NCBI GenBank assembly: GCA_965261605.1
Contig: OZ253466.1
Span: 1,440,819 to 1,504,818 of the forward strand
From: Dehalococcoidia bacterium
Lineage (GTDB): Bacteria > Chloroflexota > Dehalococcoidia > Lucifugimonadales > UBA2985
DNA length: 64,000 bases
Direction: 5' to 3'
The notes beneath the pieces were generated by a model that made no database searches, was not told the origin of the DNA, and saw nothing but the letters and a program-made list of their open reading frames with translations. Numbering within the stretch: the stretch's first letter is position 1; each line of letters opens with the position of its first letter. Shown here piece after piece: positions 62,876 to 64,000 of this stretch. A program made the translations under genes and the position numbers.

Positions 62876-62899
62876 GCCTGCCCCGCACTTGATGCGGGG
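62876..62899. repeat. Family B hairpin repeat (variant)
   Basis: gcctgccccgcacttgatgcgggg, with compensatory stem changes. Confidence 0.7.
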
Positions 62900-62970
62900 T
62901 CGTGCCGGTCGTGGCGTCTCTCTCTTGGTCAAGCATGGTGTCTCCCTCCTATGGAGTCGTATGAGATTCG

Positions 62971-63043
62971 GCGGGGCCGCCCCCTGGAGAGGGAAGACGG
63001 CCCCGTGGTTGCGCTCCCCTTGGGGAGCGTCTAGCTGACCCGC
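62971..63043 (-). repeat. Intergenic stem-loop unit, subfamily II, copy 3 (overlaps the stop codon of the upstream gene)
   Basis: gcggggccgccccctggagagggaagacggccccgtggttgcgctccccttggggagcgtctagctgacccg. Confidence 0.8.
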
Positions 63044-64000
63044 AGGTACTCGGAGACGTTCTCGGTGACGATCTCGGCGCGGGTCTCCGGGTCCAGCAGG
63101 TTGTTGAGCTTGCGGTAGTCCACCGAGTAGCGGCGGGACTTGACCATGCCCACGGAGCGGGTCTTCTCCCGCCCTTCGAGCTTCGCCTTGTCCACGCCCT
63201 GCTGCCCCAGCCAGGCCCGGAGCTTCTCCACCACCCACCGCTTCTCGTCCTCGAACTCCCGGATGGTGTCCTGTATCTCCTCGTACTCGTGGAGCGCATT
63301 GCGCGCTTCCTCGTCGGTCAGCGGCTCCTGTGGCTCGGTGTTCTCGGCGGGTTCCGCCTCCCCCTCGGCCTCCGCCGCCATCCCCGGCAGGCAGGCGTTG
63401 AGGAAGGGGCAGGACTTGCACTGCCAGTCCTTGGCGGTAAAGTCCCGTTCCGGCAGGGCGTCGGGGTCCGGTCCGTTGAGGACGAGGTGAGCGCCCAGCT
63501 CCCCCAGCCATTCGCAGGCCCGCTCCAGGGCCTGTCCCACCCGCTCGGCGGGGATGACCTCGTAGTCCCACTGGCGGCTGCCGGTGTCCATCGTGGCTAT
63601 CACCGCGTCTCGCAGCTCGCCATAGGTCCCCAGCGTGTAGAAGGCTGCCTGGGCCACCGACGCCGGGTGGCTGCGCTCCGCGCCCAGGGAGCGCCACCGC
63701 TTGAACGCCTCCGGCCCCCTGGTCTTCACCTCGATGACCGCCTCGCCGCCGAACAGTGGCAGCACTCCCGTGGCGTCGGGGTGTCCCGTCACCACCATGT
63801 TGGGATCGATGCTCACCGACACCTGCTGCGGGTCCTGGGAGTCGGCGGGAGCCACCACCCAACCGGCCCGCTCCATCGCCCCCAGCACCACCGGCTCCAG
63901 GGCATTGCCCGCTTCGAGCACCGTCAGCGACTCGGCGGTGGTGGGGTTGGTGGCTTCGTAGCCGGTCGCCGCGTACCAGAGGGCGCGGCGGCAGTTGCCC
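63031..64000 (-). CDS. PD-(D/E)xK exonuclease, Cas4/YqaJ-like with a four-Cys cluster (5' end outside window)
   Basis: The frame stays open to the window edge (GNCRRALWYAATGYE...). VTGHPDATG...EVKTR core. C-terminal CKSCPFLNAC plus the N-terminal C gives the C...CxxCx5C pattern. Confidence 0.65.
   Translation of the reverse strand, partial: GNCRRALWYAATGYEATNPTTAESLTVLEAGNALEPVVLGAMERAGWVVAPADSQDPQQVSVSIDPNMVVTGHPDATGVLPLFGGEAVIEVKTRGPEAFKRWRSLGAERSHPASVAQAAFYTLGTYGELRDAVIATMDTGSRQWDYEVIPAERVGQALERACEWLGELGAHLVLNGPDPDALPERDFTAKDWQCKSCPFLNACLPGMAAEAEGEAEPAENTEPQEPLTDEEARNALHEYEEIQDTIREFEDEKRWVVEKLRAWLGQQGVDKAKLEGREKTRSVGMVKSRRYSVDYRKLNNLLDPETRAEIVTENVSEYLRVS

Larger units (their letters stand above)
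55776..64000. mobile_element. Segment of an integrative mobile element (ICE or prophage-like); right end beyond window, left boundary uncertain
   Basis: Gene content: excisionase-type HTH, SNF2 helicase, orphan methyltransferase, RadC, SSB, DUF2958, Cas4-like nuclease. No integrase or att site is visible in the window. Confidence 0.5.

Noticed and set aside
58611-63043. Reading the recurring intergenic stem-loops as integron attC sites separating gene cassettes
   Set aside because: I see no GTTRRRY/RYYYAAC core sites at the unit borders and no intI or attI. The gene set (SSB, RadC, DUF2958, methylase, helicase) is a conserved mobile-element module rather than random cassettes.

Overview
High-GC (~60-68% in hand-counted sample lines) bacterial chromosomal segment; I cannot assign a taxon. 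All calls come from reading the ORF translations and the DNA by eye, with no database search, so most start codons are approximate. The left ~42 kb is mostly housekeeping: trpS, a dcd-ribD-ribE-ribBA-ribH operon, infC-rpmI-rplT, ilvD-ilvA, an MFS transporter, hydrolases, Usp and an ArsA-like ATPase. It is interrupted by accessory inserts: two low-GC type II R-M islands (4.0-6.9 kb and 30.3-32.5 kb), a degraded transposase plus a RelE/ParE-type TA pair (9.9-10.9 kb), a Septu-like ATPase+HNH pair (24.8-26.9 kb) and a histidine decarboxylase + ACT pair (32.9-34.5 kb). A run of five consecutive disrupted genes lies at 37.3-41.9 kb. From 42.1 kb to the window end every gene is on the minus strand. 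This part holds (i) a tightly coupled operon DUF433 / PIN-like toxin / stand-alone DprA(SLOG)-like protein / GHKL ATPase fused to a PD-(D/E)xK nuclease / Vsr / Dcm, (ii) a hicBA cassette, (iii) a PLD-SNF2 helicase + Eco57I-type methyltransferase followed by two small membrane proteins, and (iv) a mobile-element (ICE or prophage-like) module with an excisionase-like HTH, SNF2 helicase, orphan methyltransferase, RadC, SSB, DUF2958 and a Cas4-like nuclease. In that last module gene junctions carry conserved stem-loop units. The best candidates for an undescribed system are the DprA-like/GHKL-nuclease/Vsr/Dcm operon and the PLD-SNF2/methyltransferase/membrane-protein operon. Several families of short palindromic (REP/MITE-like) repeats recur across the window, including inside the mobile-element region.
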